Positions 42,310-55,925 of a DNA stretch of 64,000 nt are shown here, piece after piece. The notes beneath the pieces were generated by a model, which saw only the letters and a list, made by a program, of their open reading frames with translations, searched no databases and was not told the DNA's origin. This DNA is from Octopus bimaculoides (taxonomy: Eukaryota), in the NCBI RefSeq assembly GCF_001194135.2, contig NC_068993.1, forward strand, positions 63,864,319-63,928,318. Reading direction: 5' to 3'. Position 1 is the stretch's first letter; each line of letters starts with the position of its first letter. The translations under genes were made by a program, and so were the position numbers.

Positions 42310-42470
42310 GGACATATTGCTAAAAACCGGTAAAGTAACGGAGAAGACTACTTGCAGTATATTTACGTTCAAATTCTACTGGGATCAAATTTTCCCCCCT
42401 GTCTTTCGGGAAATCAATAAAATAATGTACAACATTTTCATTTCAAACGTTTGGGGTCGATGAAATAAAA
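42310..42470 (+). mobile_element. Degenerate SINE
   Basis: TTTACGTTCAAATTCTACTGGGATCAAATTTTCCCC...GGGGTCGATGAAATAA. Confidence 0.5.
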
Positions 42471-43469
42471 TTCTAATCAAATAATGGAATTTCCTATAAA
42501 CGACAACATCCTCCGCCCAAATGTGTGGCTTGTGCATTTCGATGAAAGACGTAATTTATTTATATAATGAATAATGTTCAGACACTGAACGTAAAATATA
42601 TTGAAAGGAAAATGTTGAAATATAATTCAGACATTGAATACAGAATATATTGCGAGGTAAATGTTGAAATCTAAAAGATTAAAGAAAGTTGTTGAAAATT
42701 TGTAAAATACTAAAATACAAGATGAAATAATCTATTGAATAATGCACAATGAGACAGAGAGAATTTCAAAGTAACAGGAAAATCTAGAAATAAAGTTACT
42801 AAATATAATGGAGACGGAATATATAGATGATACTCATTGATGAATAAGATTAAAGGTTTACTATCGGTGTGAGAAAATTAAAAGTGGCTGGAATAAAATT
42901 CGTATTTCAATAAAAGAAATTGTCTTCAGTGTGAGAAAGAAAGGAGTAAATAAGAGTGGATCAATCATATTAAAACCTTTGACTGATAATCACTCTATAC
43001 CTCGTGATTTTAATCTATGCTAGCTAAAGAGTACGTGTGGACATTTAATGATGATATATGTGATGGAATTGATAAGTGGGCTGTCAACTGGGGAAGTAAA
43101 GTTAGTTGGCAACCTTTAATTGAAGAGTTGAAGAAAGGGAGATAAATATTTCACGAAGAAGGAGGCGTATGTATGTTGCAGGTTAGGTGGAGTTAATAGT
43201 TAACAAGCTCGCAGCTTCGCGTTGGAAGGCAAAAATGGTGAGATTGGGTGGTGGTAGAGAAATGGGATCATAATTTAGATGTTAGAAATATTTTGTGAGG
43301 CTTATGCGAAAATTAATTCCTATATGTCTAAGTAAATGAATGCAAAATGAGAAATACCAGCCCAAGTTGTTGTAGTTGTTGTTTAGCCACAAGTCAGGTT
43401 TGTTTCGGCCGCTTATGATCAAAGACGTTCCATCCTTTACAGCCTGAGATTTTGTGTTGGAACCCAATG

Positions 43470-43760
43470 TATTTAGGACCACATTATCTACATCGCGAGT
43501 ACATGCAGCCGAAATGGAATTCATTCAAGGGATCTCTGACGACACAATACGCAAATGGGTGTATATCCAGGAGATGAGGGTGTCCCTCCAGTTCGTGTCG
43601 ATACTTCTCCGCGTTGAGATATCACAGATCCAGTATCAAGGAGGTGGTTAGAATGTTGCAGGAAAAGATAGCAAGACAGATTATTGAAGCCGAGCCAACC
43701 GAGTAGAGACCTAACAGTAGAGCAAGAACGAAAGGGTTGGATAACGATTCAGAGTGTCAG
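43470..43760 (+). mobile_element. RTE (BovB-like) LINE 3' fragment
   Basis: SRVHAAEMEFIQGIS...EMRVSLQFVSILLRVEISQIQY / VVRMLQEKIARQIIEAEPTE*RPNSRARTKGLDN. Confidence 0.85.
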
Positions 43761-44417
43761 AGGATCACTCTTGTGAATCCAGCTGGAAACTGTTATTTTT
43801 TATGGGACACTAAGGAGGTGATGCCAGGGGACCCCTCTAGGAAGGAGTAGGTGGTGTAAATGGGTTTTTTGAATGGATAACACACATACACACATATGTA
43901 TACACACATATATACACACACATATATATGTAAGCACACATGCACGCACACACATATATATGCAGAAACATACTCTCACAGTTTTGCATACAAATCAAAT
44001 CCAAACCTAAATAAAGTACCAAGCTATCCAGAACTTCCTTGATTATTGGTAAATTTATGAATACTGCAATCTATAATAAAATCAATGCAGCGTCCAGGCA
44101 AAAATGTTCTTCGATCTTTAGTTTACATCCGTTTATTACAAGGGCTCAAAACCCTTTCAAGCCAAACCATAAATATCACACTTCTGTTTAAAAAAAAAAC
44201 AAAACACATTCGATCACATAGTCTTTCATATACAAAGAAAAAACCAAAACAAACCAAAACAAAAAGCTACAAAAATTCGTGGTATTTCGGTTCAGCATTC
44301 GTAGGGTGAAACTAAGTTCTTACTTTAACGAATTTTGGTCGGGCCGACATTTTTATTTATTACATCCACCATCTTTTGTCAGTTATATATTTTTCAATTA
44401 TATTCCTTTCTACTCTA

Positions 44418-44580
44418 GGTACAAGGCCAGAAATTTTGAGGGAGGGAGCCAGTCCATTAGATCGACGCAACTAGTACTTAATTTATCGACCCCGAAAGGA
44501 TGAAAGGCCAAGTCGACCACGGTGGCGGAATATGAACTCAGAACGTAAAGACAGAGGAAATATTGCTAAAATGCCGTAAA
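44418..44580 (-). mobile_element. SINE, same family as 20285
   Basis: TTAATTTATCGACCCCGAAAGGATGAAAGGCCAAGTCGACC...GAACTCAGAACGTAAAGAC. Confidence 0.9.
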
Positions 44581-45716
44581 AATTTAATTAATTGTAAAAT
44601 GAGTTATTGTTTAATGAGTTGTTGTCAGCCCTAATCAAGCAGACTTTATAGGTGTTTCACCCAACGGTGACCATTCAGTCTTATTTTGGAAGTACTTACT
44701 CTCATGTACTTCATTATCCATTCTCGTCCTTTCTGTTGTTATTTAGCCCAGAGTAAGAATGATCTAAATGACCTAAGATCAAAGACGCTCCAGATTTAAC
44801 GATATTTTCAAATGTAGTTTATATCTGCGAATACATCTCCAGATAAACACAAAATGCTTTTAAAATAGTTGTGTAGGATTTGAGGGAGTTTTGGCTACTG
44901 TTATGTCTGAAAACTATAAACGAATTTTCATTGTTTATCTCCGGATCAGCTTTGAACTATCAGACACATCAAAGATTCTCCAATCAAAATTATTCCGCGT
45001 TATTTTGTTGATACCGTGTAACAGAATCATATCATTTAATTTGCCCTTCATTAAACTTGTTCGAGGAGCCATTTTACTAACACTGTTTGGTCATGGATGT
45101 TAGTTGTTTAATCTCGAATGTCAGATATTTAAGACGTCAATGCAAAATTTGAAGAAAATTTACTTGCTATTTCTATTAGTGAAGCGTCAGAGCCGAATCT
45201 AGAAGGTCGATGCCACTGTATAGTATGCAATATAGCCCGGTGCCAAGTCAGGGTGTTAAACGCAGAGACTCTTTAGTACAGATTGTCGAATATTTCTTAA
45301 TAGACGTCTATTGGCAAGAGACGCTGAGATGAAGTGTCATTTTCGGTCAGGAAACTTCATTAAACTGAACTGTTTCGCTATACTTGGTTGTTACTAACAT
45401 AGACATCTAGTAGACTACATTCTTTTCAACTGTTGCCAATATTTTCAAATCGATTTGGGATAAAGACAGAAAAAATGGAACGGGGAGAGAGAGAATAATA
45501 GATACATAGTATATTCTTTAAATCATATCACAGAAAGAGAGATTGAGAGAGGGGGAGCCAGAGAGAAAGAGAAAGAGAAAGAGGGAGAGAGAGAAAAGCG
45601 GTGCGAGAGAGTGGGTGAGGGCGAGAGAGACTTGTTTAATAATTCTGAGCGATATAAGATGGAAGTTCTGAAAGATTTATAAACATGAATAAAATAGCTA
45701 TGTAAATAGATAGCAG

Positions 45717-45793
<77 letters not shown>

Positions 45794-46040
45794 NNNNNNN
45801 NNNNNNNNNNNNNNNNNNNNNNNNNNNNNNNNNNNNNNNNNNNNNNNNNNNNNNNNNNNNNNNNNNNNNNNNNNNNNNNNNNNNNNNNNNNNNNNNNNNN
45901 NNNNNNNNNNNNNNNNNNNNNNNNNNNNNNNNNNNNNNNNNNNNNNNNNNNNNNNNNNNNNNNNNNNNNNNNNNNNNNNNNNNNNNNNNNNNNNNNNNNN
46001 NNNNNNNNNNNNNNNNNNNNNNNNNNNNNNNNNNNNNNNN

Positions 46041-46097
<57 letters not shown>

Positions 46098-46189
46098 GAC
46101 ACACGAACACACATACACACACGTTTGTAAATGCGCACATTCACACATATATAAAGAGAGATCGATGAAATGCCACAGATATATATGAT

Positions 46190-46236
<47 letters not shown>

Positions 46237-46312
46237 GTTACATCTGAAATCTACGCTATAACACGCCGACTCATATACACGAACACGTGATGCCAATATT
46301 AACACATATCGG

Positions 46313-46533
46313 AGGGCGGCGAGCTGGCAGAACCGTTAGCACGCCAGGCAAAATATTTAGTGGCATTGTTGTCCGTCTGTACGTTCCGAGTTCAAATTCT
46401 GCTGAGGTCAATTTTGCCTTTCATCTTTGGGGAGGGGGCAATAAATGAAGTACCAGTGATACACTGAGATCGATGTAATCGATTTACCTCCTTCCCCGGA
46501 ATCGCTAGCCTTATTCCAAAATTTGAAACCAAT
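46313..46533 (+). mobile_element. Full-length SINE
   Basis: GGCGGCGAGCTGGCAGAACCGTTAGCACGCC...GAGTTCAAATTC...CCAAAATTTGAAACCAA. Confidence 0.92.
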
Positions 46534-47393
46534 GTTAAGAATGCTGGTTGTGTCAGCAAGTCTGTTGTGTGTCAGAGTATGTTAGTGTTTGTGCATCATT
46601 TCTTTTGTGCTGTATGTGATTGCTTTCTATGCGTCAGTACTTGTGTTATATGAATCAATGGTTGTGTTGTTATTTGTCAATGTTTATGTTGCGTTCGGTG
46701 TAGCTGTGCCATATGTGTAGGTGTTGTGTTTTGAATCTGTCAATATTTGTCGTATGTGCCAATGTTTATGTTGTGTCTGTTAGTGCCCGTGTTGTGTGTG
46801 TGTGTTGCTAATGTATTTCACAATGATCAAAGGTGTGTGGAGATTAATGGAAAGACATCGAGAAAGGTAGAAAAGCAAAGCGGTGTTGTTGGTAGTGATG
46901 TTTGCGGCGGTGGCGGAGGAAGTGGTGGCGTTTATGTCAAGATATGATTTAAGTGATTGTGATGGTGTGTTTGTGGGATTTGTGAGCGAAGATATGTGTG
47001 TAAAGATCTGTTCTGAAAGATAGTCACAGTGGAGACGTGTGTGTAGTGTGTANNNNNNNNNNNNNNNNNNNNNNNNNNNNNNNNNNNNNNNNNNNNNNNN
47101 NNNNNNNNNNNNNNNNNNNNNNNNNNNNNNNNNNNNNNNNNNNNNNNNNNNNNNNNNNNNNNNNNNNNNNNNNNNNNNNNNNNNNNNNNNNNNNNNNNNN
47201 NNNNNNNNNNNNNNNNNNNNNNNNNNNNNNNNNNNNNNNNNNNNNNNNNNNNNNNNNNNNNNNNNNNNNNNNNNNNNNNNNNNNNNNNNNNNNNNNNNNN
47301 NNNNNNNNNNNNNNNNNNNNNNNNNNNNNNNNNNNNNNNNNNNNNNNNNNNNNNNNNNNNNNNNNNNNNNNNNNNNNNNNNNNNNNNNNNNNN

Positions 47394-47432
<39 letters not shown>

Positions 47433-48021
47433 TTTTGTGTGTATGTGTGTGTAAGTATGTGTGTGTGCGCGCGCGCGTGTACTATAAGTACTTTTGATAG
47501 GAGAGCAAACCAAAGAAAAAATTCTTAATAAAAAAACTAGAATAAGAAAATGTAAAAGCAATAAATATAAGAACAAACTGAAACACATGGTGGACGTGGA
47601 CACAGGATGTGAGAGAAAGGAATGAAAGGGAATGAGAGATAAAGAAAAATAATTTGTTAAAGTTTAATTAAAAAGTAAGTCAACACGTTAGCAAAATGGT
47701 ATTTTGAAAAATATGAAATGACTGAAAAATTGAAACACTTCTGTATACAGCAGTCAAACATTATGGAAATTGTGGAATTATTCTTATTTTTTAGTTTACA
47801 CGGTATTTAATATTCATTGCACACAAGGTAATCTGAATAGACTAGAGATATAGTCACTCATGTAAAGTTAAGACTTATGGACATGTATTTTTGTGTTGGT
47901 GTGTGTATGTGTGTGTATATGTGTGTGTATGTTTGTGGGTGTATTCATATGCCTGTGCATATATATAATCATATATACACATCAGTAGATATATGTATAT
48001 ATGTATAAAACTATTCAATAG

Positions 48022-48111
48022 CACTCCGACCCGGCTCCGTGTTCCGTCCATGCAGAATGCGTCCATATCCTCAGAGGTTACGGGCTGGAGCGATGACAAT
48101 CAGAAGGGCTT
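48022..48111 (+). CDS. Candidate 90-nt exon, unknown product
   Basis: GC-rich island bounded by TTCAATAG and GTAAGT; length divisible by 3; two frames open. No homology recognised. Confidence 0.25.
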
Positions 48112-48589
48112 GTAAGTGAGAATATTTAAACTTTTATTAAGAAACTCTGGTTAAGTAGCGACAACAGCTCTTTGCATTATAATGTCCACTTAGTATATTA
48201 GCGTGTTGGCAGTTTGTAGAATTAGGCAATTCGGCAAAGACAGTTTGCATGTGATTAGATAACCAGTGTTGTAGTTTTAGGTTAGCAGTTTGCATGCACA
48301 TTATTAGTGCGAAAATTGTCCAGCTGCGGTGTTCGTGTATAAGAAATGCTTAATTAAACTTTCAATAAAGCATCTGCCTTTAACTACGATATACTACACA
48401 GATTACTATTTCAAACTAAAGCTGCTTGTGAGGCAAATAACGAATATATATATACATATCAAAGGGGGTTTATACAGGGATGATGCATAGTTAATTACAA
48501 CAAAATCTGTACTAGAAAAAAACTAGAAAACATTTACATAAATACTTCACCAACTTTAACCTATCTATATCTTTCGAAAACTCTTACAG

Positions 48590-48840
48590 GACAGCAAATT
48601 TTCTAGATGTTACTTTAGATTTAAACTCGTCACTATAATTCGCATATCATAAATCCAATCAATACCTTAAGTTCATCAACACATAATCTAGCCACCATAA
48701 ATCTACTTTCGAGAGCATAATTAAAGGCATATCCACCAGAATATCCGATTTATCCGCCACTGAGGAAATCTTCAATAACTACGCCAACTACTATAACCAA
48801 GCTCTAGCTGCCAGTGGTTTCTCCCAGAAGATTTATACCC
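48590..48840 (+). mobile_element. Penelope-like RT thumb fragment
   Basis: FLDVTLDLNSSL*FAYHKSNQYLKFINT*SSHHKSTFESIIKGISTRISDLSATEEIFNNYANYYNQALAASGF. Confidence 0.9.
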
Positions 48841-48921
48841 AACACTAAACTTTAGGAACATCTCACGAAACATATTTTATAATACAAGACTTTATATATA
48901 TGCATGTAGGTATGTATAATG

Positions 48922-48958
<37 letters not shown>

Positions 48959-48979
48959 GAATGTGTGTGTGTGTGTGTG

Positions 48980-49045
<66 letters not shown>

Positions 49046-49521
49046 CACACACACACACACACATTCAGATAGAGGCAGTAGGGTAGATAAACAAAGTAAA
49101 GCTTAAGACATATGTGTGGAACACAAAATACAGATTATAAAATGAATAAATGAATAAATATATATGCGCATATATATATATATATATATACGGTGATGTT
49201 CCAGCATGGCCACAGCTCTCAGTTGAAACTACAATATTCGTTTTATCTCGACACCTGTTTCTTGAACCAATGTTAGATAACCATATTCGTCGGTGGCGTA
49301 TATATTGAGTCATACGTGACAAGCGCAGATGAAATTTTTAACGTTACTTCTTCAAGAGCAGATTGGCACATCTACCTCATTACTTCCATAACAGCTCGAT
49401 TTGGATTGCTCATATGGTCACTTTTGATGTCGTAGACCTGAGCACGGATGACGAAGTTGGAATTTATGTTCACATTCTTTTGAGCACCACTATGTGTTAT
49501 ATATTATTTTGCTCTCACCCA

Positions 49522-49562
<41 letters not shown>

Positions 49563-49707
49563 CCAAGACAATGGAAGTTACAAAAAATTAACAATACAAC
49601 TCAATGGTTAGTAGCGCTTACTTTTTTATAACTCACATTATTTTGGATTTAAAAAAATGTTTACATCATTAATATACATCAGACAATACCTCATGAATAT
49701 ATGTATG

Positions 49708-49739
<32 letters not shown>

Positions 49740-49750
49740 CGTAAGCATAT

Positions 49751-49787
<37 letters not shown>

Positions 49788-52454
49788 CAGAAATAGATAT
49801 ATACATACAGAAATAGATATATACACATATAAATACACATAGATATGTATGTGATGGTGGTACCTTCGTCGGGAAGGCAGTTAACGTGGTCTAATGAATC
49901 TAAGTAGGAAGCGGTCGGGGAACTGTTTAACTAGACATATTTCATATTTTTGTGCGGGTCACATTCTTCAATCGTTGTGATTCAATTATAAAGCAAAGCT
50001 ACTGGTATTTACTTCTGCTGATATCTCTTTCAACAGAGGGAAATTGAAATTCTTGAGCATCAGAAGGAACCCACGCAGTTAATGATGGTGTTTCTATTAC
50101 TAAACTTAAATAAATACATTTATATACACGCACAAACACACATACACACACAAACACAGACAGGCACTCACACTCACATACATACACACACAGATATGTA
50201 TACCGGAGGATAAGGATTAAGGATTCTGTTAAGAGTCTGTTACGACTCTGTTATGATTAAGGATTCTGTTATGAATTACATGCTCAATAAATTAATGCAT
50301 GTCTGGTTTAGCATTCCTCAGACAAGCGAACCCTTATGAAAATTCTCAGTCAACACCAGCGTGTCACAGGTACAAAAGCTTTAGTGCACCAAGAAGCAAC
50401 TTGCTATGCTACCGGGAATGTTCTGCTTCCCATATCTTTACATAGCCTAGACACCAATGACAACCATCAATGTCACATAGTCACATGAATGAATGTTATT
50501 CTGCTATGGACGTACATCTTGCATAGTTTCGGGGGACAAAAACACAGCCTGGCTGGTTTTATTTTCCACACCCTACTTCAGCGTAGCTGTCTCTTATGCT
50601 GACGATGTGCGCTGAATTCCCAACACTTATGTTTCAACTGTACGTTCGTCTTTCTATATATGCAGAATTTCTTGGCTCCTGACATCTCGTCTACCTTTGA
50701 TATTCTGGTGATATAGACACTTAAATATAAGTATATGCGAGGTTTAACATAGTTTCCATTCCTTTTCGAAATTCACAAAAGCAAGAAGGAAAAAAGTGTT
50801 GATCAACTTGTAATGATATTTTATTACGCAGTGGTATCGAACCTGAAAACTTGTCGTTGCAAGCGAATATTTTAACTATACAGTTATATGTAATAGATCT
50901 ACAACGTAAAGTGATATCGCTTGATTCAGAGACAAACAGGTTTTGTATATTCTTCCAAAACTTCCTGAAATTAGAGAACTATTTTCTTGGCTTCAAATTC
51001 GACTCGAATTTCTGATTTCTACTTGATGTTGTTTTCATAAACTATTTTAGTATATTGAATAATTCATAGCTTGGAGAATAAAAAGTTATCTGATGGAGTG
51101 AATCAATAACAAGATGGCTCCATACAGTGTTGGTCACATGACAAAAAGAATCGTAAATACTGTCTCATGAATGAATAAAATGATACAGTATTTAAAACAT
51201 GTATCTTGTTTGTGTGTTTGTTAGTCCAAAATCAACCTCACTCGAACAGACCACTGAAGGAAGGCATTGATTAATATAACAAACTGTCGAGGTTGGTTAG
51301 AATGCTAACGGTTCAACCCTCATTATGGCATCGGAGATTCTCTCACGGAACCGCAAAACGTTTCTGAGGATGTTTCCAGTTGCTTCGAATACTCTTACCT
51401 CGAATTCTGAAATAAAACTGAAAGTTGAGGGGGAGTTAACTCCTGATGTCTCTAGAGCCAACACCTGAAAAAAAAGAAAAAAAAGAACACTGGTGAATCT
51501 TGGAGGATGTCACATGTTTGCACCACATATCGTGGCTATTATGTTAAACTGTCGTATGTCCAAATTTGGCCAAATGCGTTTTGTTTTCTTTCAATATTTA
51601 ATTTTGATTGCAGTGGCTGGTCTTTTTGGTCAAATTATCGTATCTGCAGCTGCTTCAGATGCCAAGATATGAAAAACTGTCAGTGTAGAACAACGCTTTA
51701 GCATTTTTCAAAAGTGTAGTAAGTTCCACATTCGACTATTTTGCAAAACTATTTCTGACTAAAAATATCGTACATGTATGAAGTTATGATTCTATGCAGC
51801 CAACAAATTATTATCGCTAAGTTGAAACTGTTGCTAATGTAAAAAGAAATGGAATGGTGAAACTACTTTTCCGTCTTCTGAAAAAGCAACGTCTTCGACT
51901 TACGTTACTTTCGCATACTAACAACGATATATATATATACACGTACGCGTACACGCGTGTGAGTGTATGTACAACATTTCATGCCTTGCTTCGAAATAAT
52001 GCTACAGTACCAGATAATTCGTCTCAAGTTAAACAATCCATGATAGAGTAAATGGAATCAGGTCAGGTTGATTTGTCCTTGCATCAATTTGTAATAATGC
52101 ACTGAAACCTAATATTGTTTTGAAAGTATCTAATGCGTACGTTTCAGGTCTTGATTAATATGGACCGGGAAATCACATTATGAAATACCTTCTCCAGTTA
52201 ATAGACTTGAAAATTTGAAGTATTTCATATTTTGAAATGTATTAAATGCCGAAGAGATGTTGTATTTTAAGCAAAATCTCAAGCGCCCGTATTAAATGCT
52301 TTCAAAACGTCATTATTTGGTTTGGTTTCATTACTGTAATATATATATGTGTGTCCTAGTTTTCAGCTTCTTTTTGTGTGTATATGAGGCTATCAGATAA
52401 TGTGTGTGTGTGTGTGTTTATGTGACTGTGTGTGTGCGTGCGCGTCTTTGTGCT

Positions 52455-52655
52455 TGTATTAACCCCAATTCCGCCTGACAATCGGTGTTGGTTTGTTTAC
52501 GTTCTCCTAATTTTGTAGTTCTGCTAAACGGAACGATAGGATAAGTACTAAGGTGTAAAAAATTATTAGTGGGGTAGATTTGTTCGACTAAGCCCTTTAA
52601 GGAGATGCTCCAGCATAGCCACGATCCAAAGACTGAAACAATTAAAAGTTTGAAA
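52455..52655 (+). mobile_element. SINE, same family as 31270-31455
   Basis: GACAATCGGTGTTGGTTTGTTTACG...GATTTGTTCGACTAAG...GCTCCAGCATAGCC...CTGAAACA. Confidence 0.85.
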
Positions 52656-54224
52656 AAAAACCCCATTTAAGTATCACTTTCGACTCTCAAATCCAATTTC
52701 ATCGGAGTTGCCTTTACTTTTCACAATGCTGCAGTCGAAGAAATTGGTAAAAGAAATCGATTAAATTGATTCTACAATTTGCTTACATATTTGTTGAGTT
52801 GTACAATTGTAAGATATTCTGATCTCGATGACGGTACCATAGAGTTGCGATGACATTCAACAAATGTGTGGCTGCAGAGTTTTCAGTAAGTTTTCATTCC
52901 TGCCATTTAGTTTCTAGTAATTTTACTTTCCTGGTTAATACGATTTTGGGCCCTGGTGATCAGCGAATAAGTCGTGCACCAAAATAACATATCCAGCTGT
53001 GGCACGAGAACACATTAAGTGCTTCTCTAAAATATTGATTATGACAAAGGTCGCATCCTGATTTTAATACAGGTAAGTACCACGGGTTGTACCGTGTTAG
53101 ATATTTTTTCCTAGTTATCTATAAGGAGAACTTGAACTCAATGTAGCAAGATCACAAGTAAGTAGTGGTACATAATGATTTCTTACATTGAAGAATAATA
53201 AAAAAATTTTTTGCCAATTCAAAAGTAGTTTAACTCGGGTAATCGATACTTAAATGTCTGTTTCACAAAAAGTGATAACACTAAAAAGTACGCCGATTCT
53301 TTAATCTAAACTGATCGAGAGAAATCTGTGAATGATTTATTGATGTTACGTTCTTGGATTTATTTTTAAAAACGAAGGGAAATATAAAAGTACGGTAGGA
53401 GCTTCATATTTTCGGCAATTTGCTTCTACTCGTTCTTTACCAGTTTTTAGACAAAGAATCTGAAGGATAAGAATAAAAATATTGATGATCAATAAACAGT
53501 TGTGAAGGTTTCACAGATAAAATGATATTTTCTTGTGTGAGTCTGAATAGATTTTGAAAAAAAAAAATTTAACACGTCAAGCTGTGAATGATGCAATTGC
53601 TTTGTATTGGTTCAAAACATTCTATGTCTTAATGTTACTTTTTTTAATAATAATAGTTTCTGTTCATAGACAACAATTTGGAAGGAAGGGTGCTTAGTTT
53701 ATACCATCGGCCCCAGTGCTTTAGTAGAACTTTAAGAGATGGCTCTTGATTCACGAAGGGTATGTTCATGGTGACCCTACCCAATTAGATATATATGACT
53801 ATGTCTGAGACTATCACAAGTTCATACTGTGCCCTATAGTTGACAAGGTACTAAAGATCAATACCCTCTCCAGCATCTTTTATGATGACACTTGTGTCTC
53901 ACGGTCACAATTATTGAGGAACGAACAAGTGTGTAAGTGTATAATAGAACAACTCAGTCTGCTGCTTTTCCTTCATCCTCGTTTCTCAATAATATGCATA
54001 CAATACACTGCAGTCCTTGCTTCGTCGATGGAGGAGATGTTGCCCTACACATTCGTTACGGGTACGTCTAGTTGTTTCAAATGCATAAGGAAGCAATCCC
54101 ATTTATCGAAGGAAAACTGTGTCAATCTCCTTATCTTGCCAGTAATATCCATAAAGAAGCGAAATACGTTCAACACCAGCAAACGCAGATAACAATGATT
54201 TATAATGTAGGAAGAGAGAAAGAA

Positions 54225-54392
54225 CAAGCGACTACGTCGGCCACGGCAATTGATTTGCACTTATTTTATCGATCCCAGGACGATGAATGGTGGAGCTGAA
54301 CTCAGTGGAATTCGAACTTCGAAACTTAAAACGCTCGAGGAAATACCGCAGGGTAATTTATCAGACACTAACGATTCTTGCAATCCACACCT
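54225..54392 (-). mobile_element. Degenerate SINE
   Basis: TTATTTTATCGATCCC..GATGAA...GGAATTCGAACT...GAAATACCGC...CTAACGATTCT. Confidence 0.75.
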
Positions 54393-54976
54393 TCATCTCA
54401 TTAAATTATTGATTGCTTTTCCGCAGGCACAACGCCAAATTAGATAGGTGATGAGTGTAATTGATTTCATCAATTATCCCTCTTCCCCAATACTACAAGC
54501 GTCTATACAGCAAAGATGAAAGGCATAGCCAATTATTAGGTATTTGAATTTAGGAGGAAGTCAATTTATAATAGAGGTGTATGTCCATCGTCGAATACAG
54601 GGTTCGCATTAATAAAAGGTTTAAAGCCTGGCATAGAAGAAGAATGGAATGTCGGTGCCATTCTTATTAAACCGGACCATTTATTCTACGCCAACGTCGT
54701 CAGTGATTAATAACGTCAGCATTCCAACAGGTGAAGTCTTTTCGTTGTAGGTTGACCTGCGAGAGATCGCAGTCACTTATCTTTCGAATCGTAAGCTGCC
54801 TTCTTAAAAGAAGTAACGATGTATTGGATAGTAATAGAAATCTCTTCAATGATGGTTGGATTGGGTTTTTAAAAAATGTTATTTTATGTTATTCTATTCT
54901 ATTTTATTTTTATTGATTCTAAGTTTGTTCTACCAGGTTGTCTTATGGGAAAAGTCTCGTAGTAAGAGCAACGTTC

Positions 54977-55040
<64 letters not shown>

Positions 55041-55146
55041 GCCTACTGCCACTATTGCTGCTGCTGCTGTAAATGCTGTTAATACTACTCGGGCCGACCA
55101 AATACTTGTGTTTAATTTGATAGACGGAAACGGAAAGAAGCGCGTC

Positions 55147-55201
<55 letters not shown>

Positions 55202-55395
55202 AAATGGAACTTGGAGTTACTTGTCTCACCTGTCTATGACTATGACTTTCAGCTATTTTACACTCGGCGCTTTGTGAGAGTAATCTCCACGGCGTCAACT
55301 CGCTGCCAACCGGCGAACAAGCAAAGCACATACGTTGAGTGCGTGTGTTGGATAATGTTAACAACACACGCCCTACTTCTAATTCATATTTGAAA

Positions 55396-55426
<31 letters not shown>

Positions 55427-55549
55427 TGCATGTATGTATGAGATATATATTTATATATATGTATATGCATACGTGCATTTATAAATATCTGTATGTATAT
55501 GACGTGTGTTCATACACACACACACACGCGCACACACATGCACACACAC

Positions 55550-55606
<57 letters not shown>

Positions 55607-55740
55607 GAATACACACATACATCTGTATGTGTTTACTAATGTGAAAACATCTGAATATAAAAGAATGGTTGGTCACGGTTGGAATGCTTTCAAGCCTATT
55701 AATGTCCCTATGAATTAATAATTTCTGTTTCCTTGCTGAC

Positions 55741-55925
55741 CTGACCCATGAAATTTGCATATTTTAGCGCATGCGCATCGAACAAGGTGAATCGAACTGT
55801 TTTGTTATGACTTTTTTGAAATTTCTTTTTCCGACTCTAAAATATAGAATGCGAACAACAAATGGCAAACAACAATGGCGGACAACTTTCTATTCTTTCT
55901 ACTCGTCTAGCACTTTGCATATTAA
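55741..55925 (+). promoter_or_regulatory. Putative promoter or enhancer motif cluster
   Basis: ATTTGCAT at 55753, GCGCATGCGCA at 55767 (NRF1-like), CAATGGCGG at 55873 (YY1-like). Confidence 0.3.

Noticed and set aside
45299-45312. 14-bp perfect palindrome AATAGACGTCTATT
   Set aside because: A few of this length are expected by chance in 64 kb.
50225-50272. Degenerate 11-bp repeats GA(N)TCTGTTA
   Set aside because: Short local slippage with no spacers; not CRISPR-like.
50590-50615. SYADDV motif
   Set aside because: No flanking RT motifs found; at best a very old relic.
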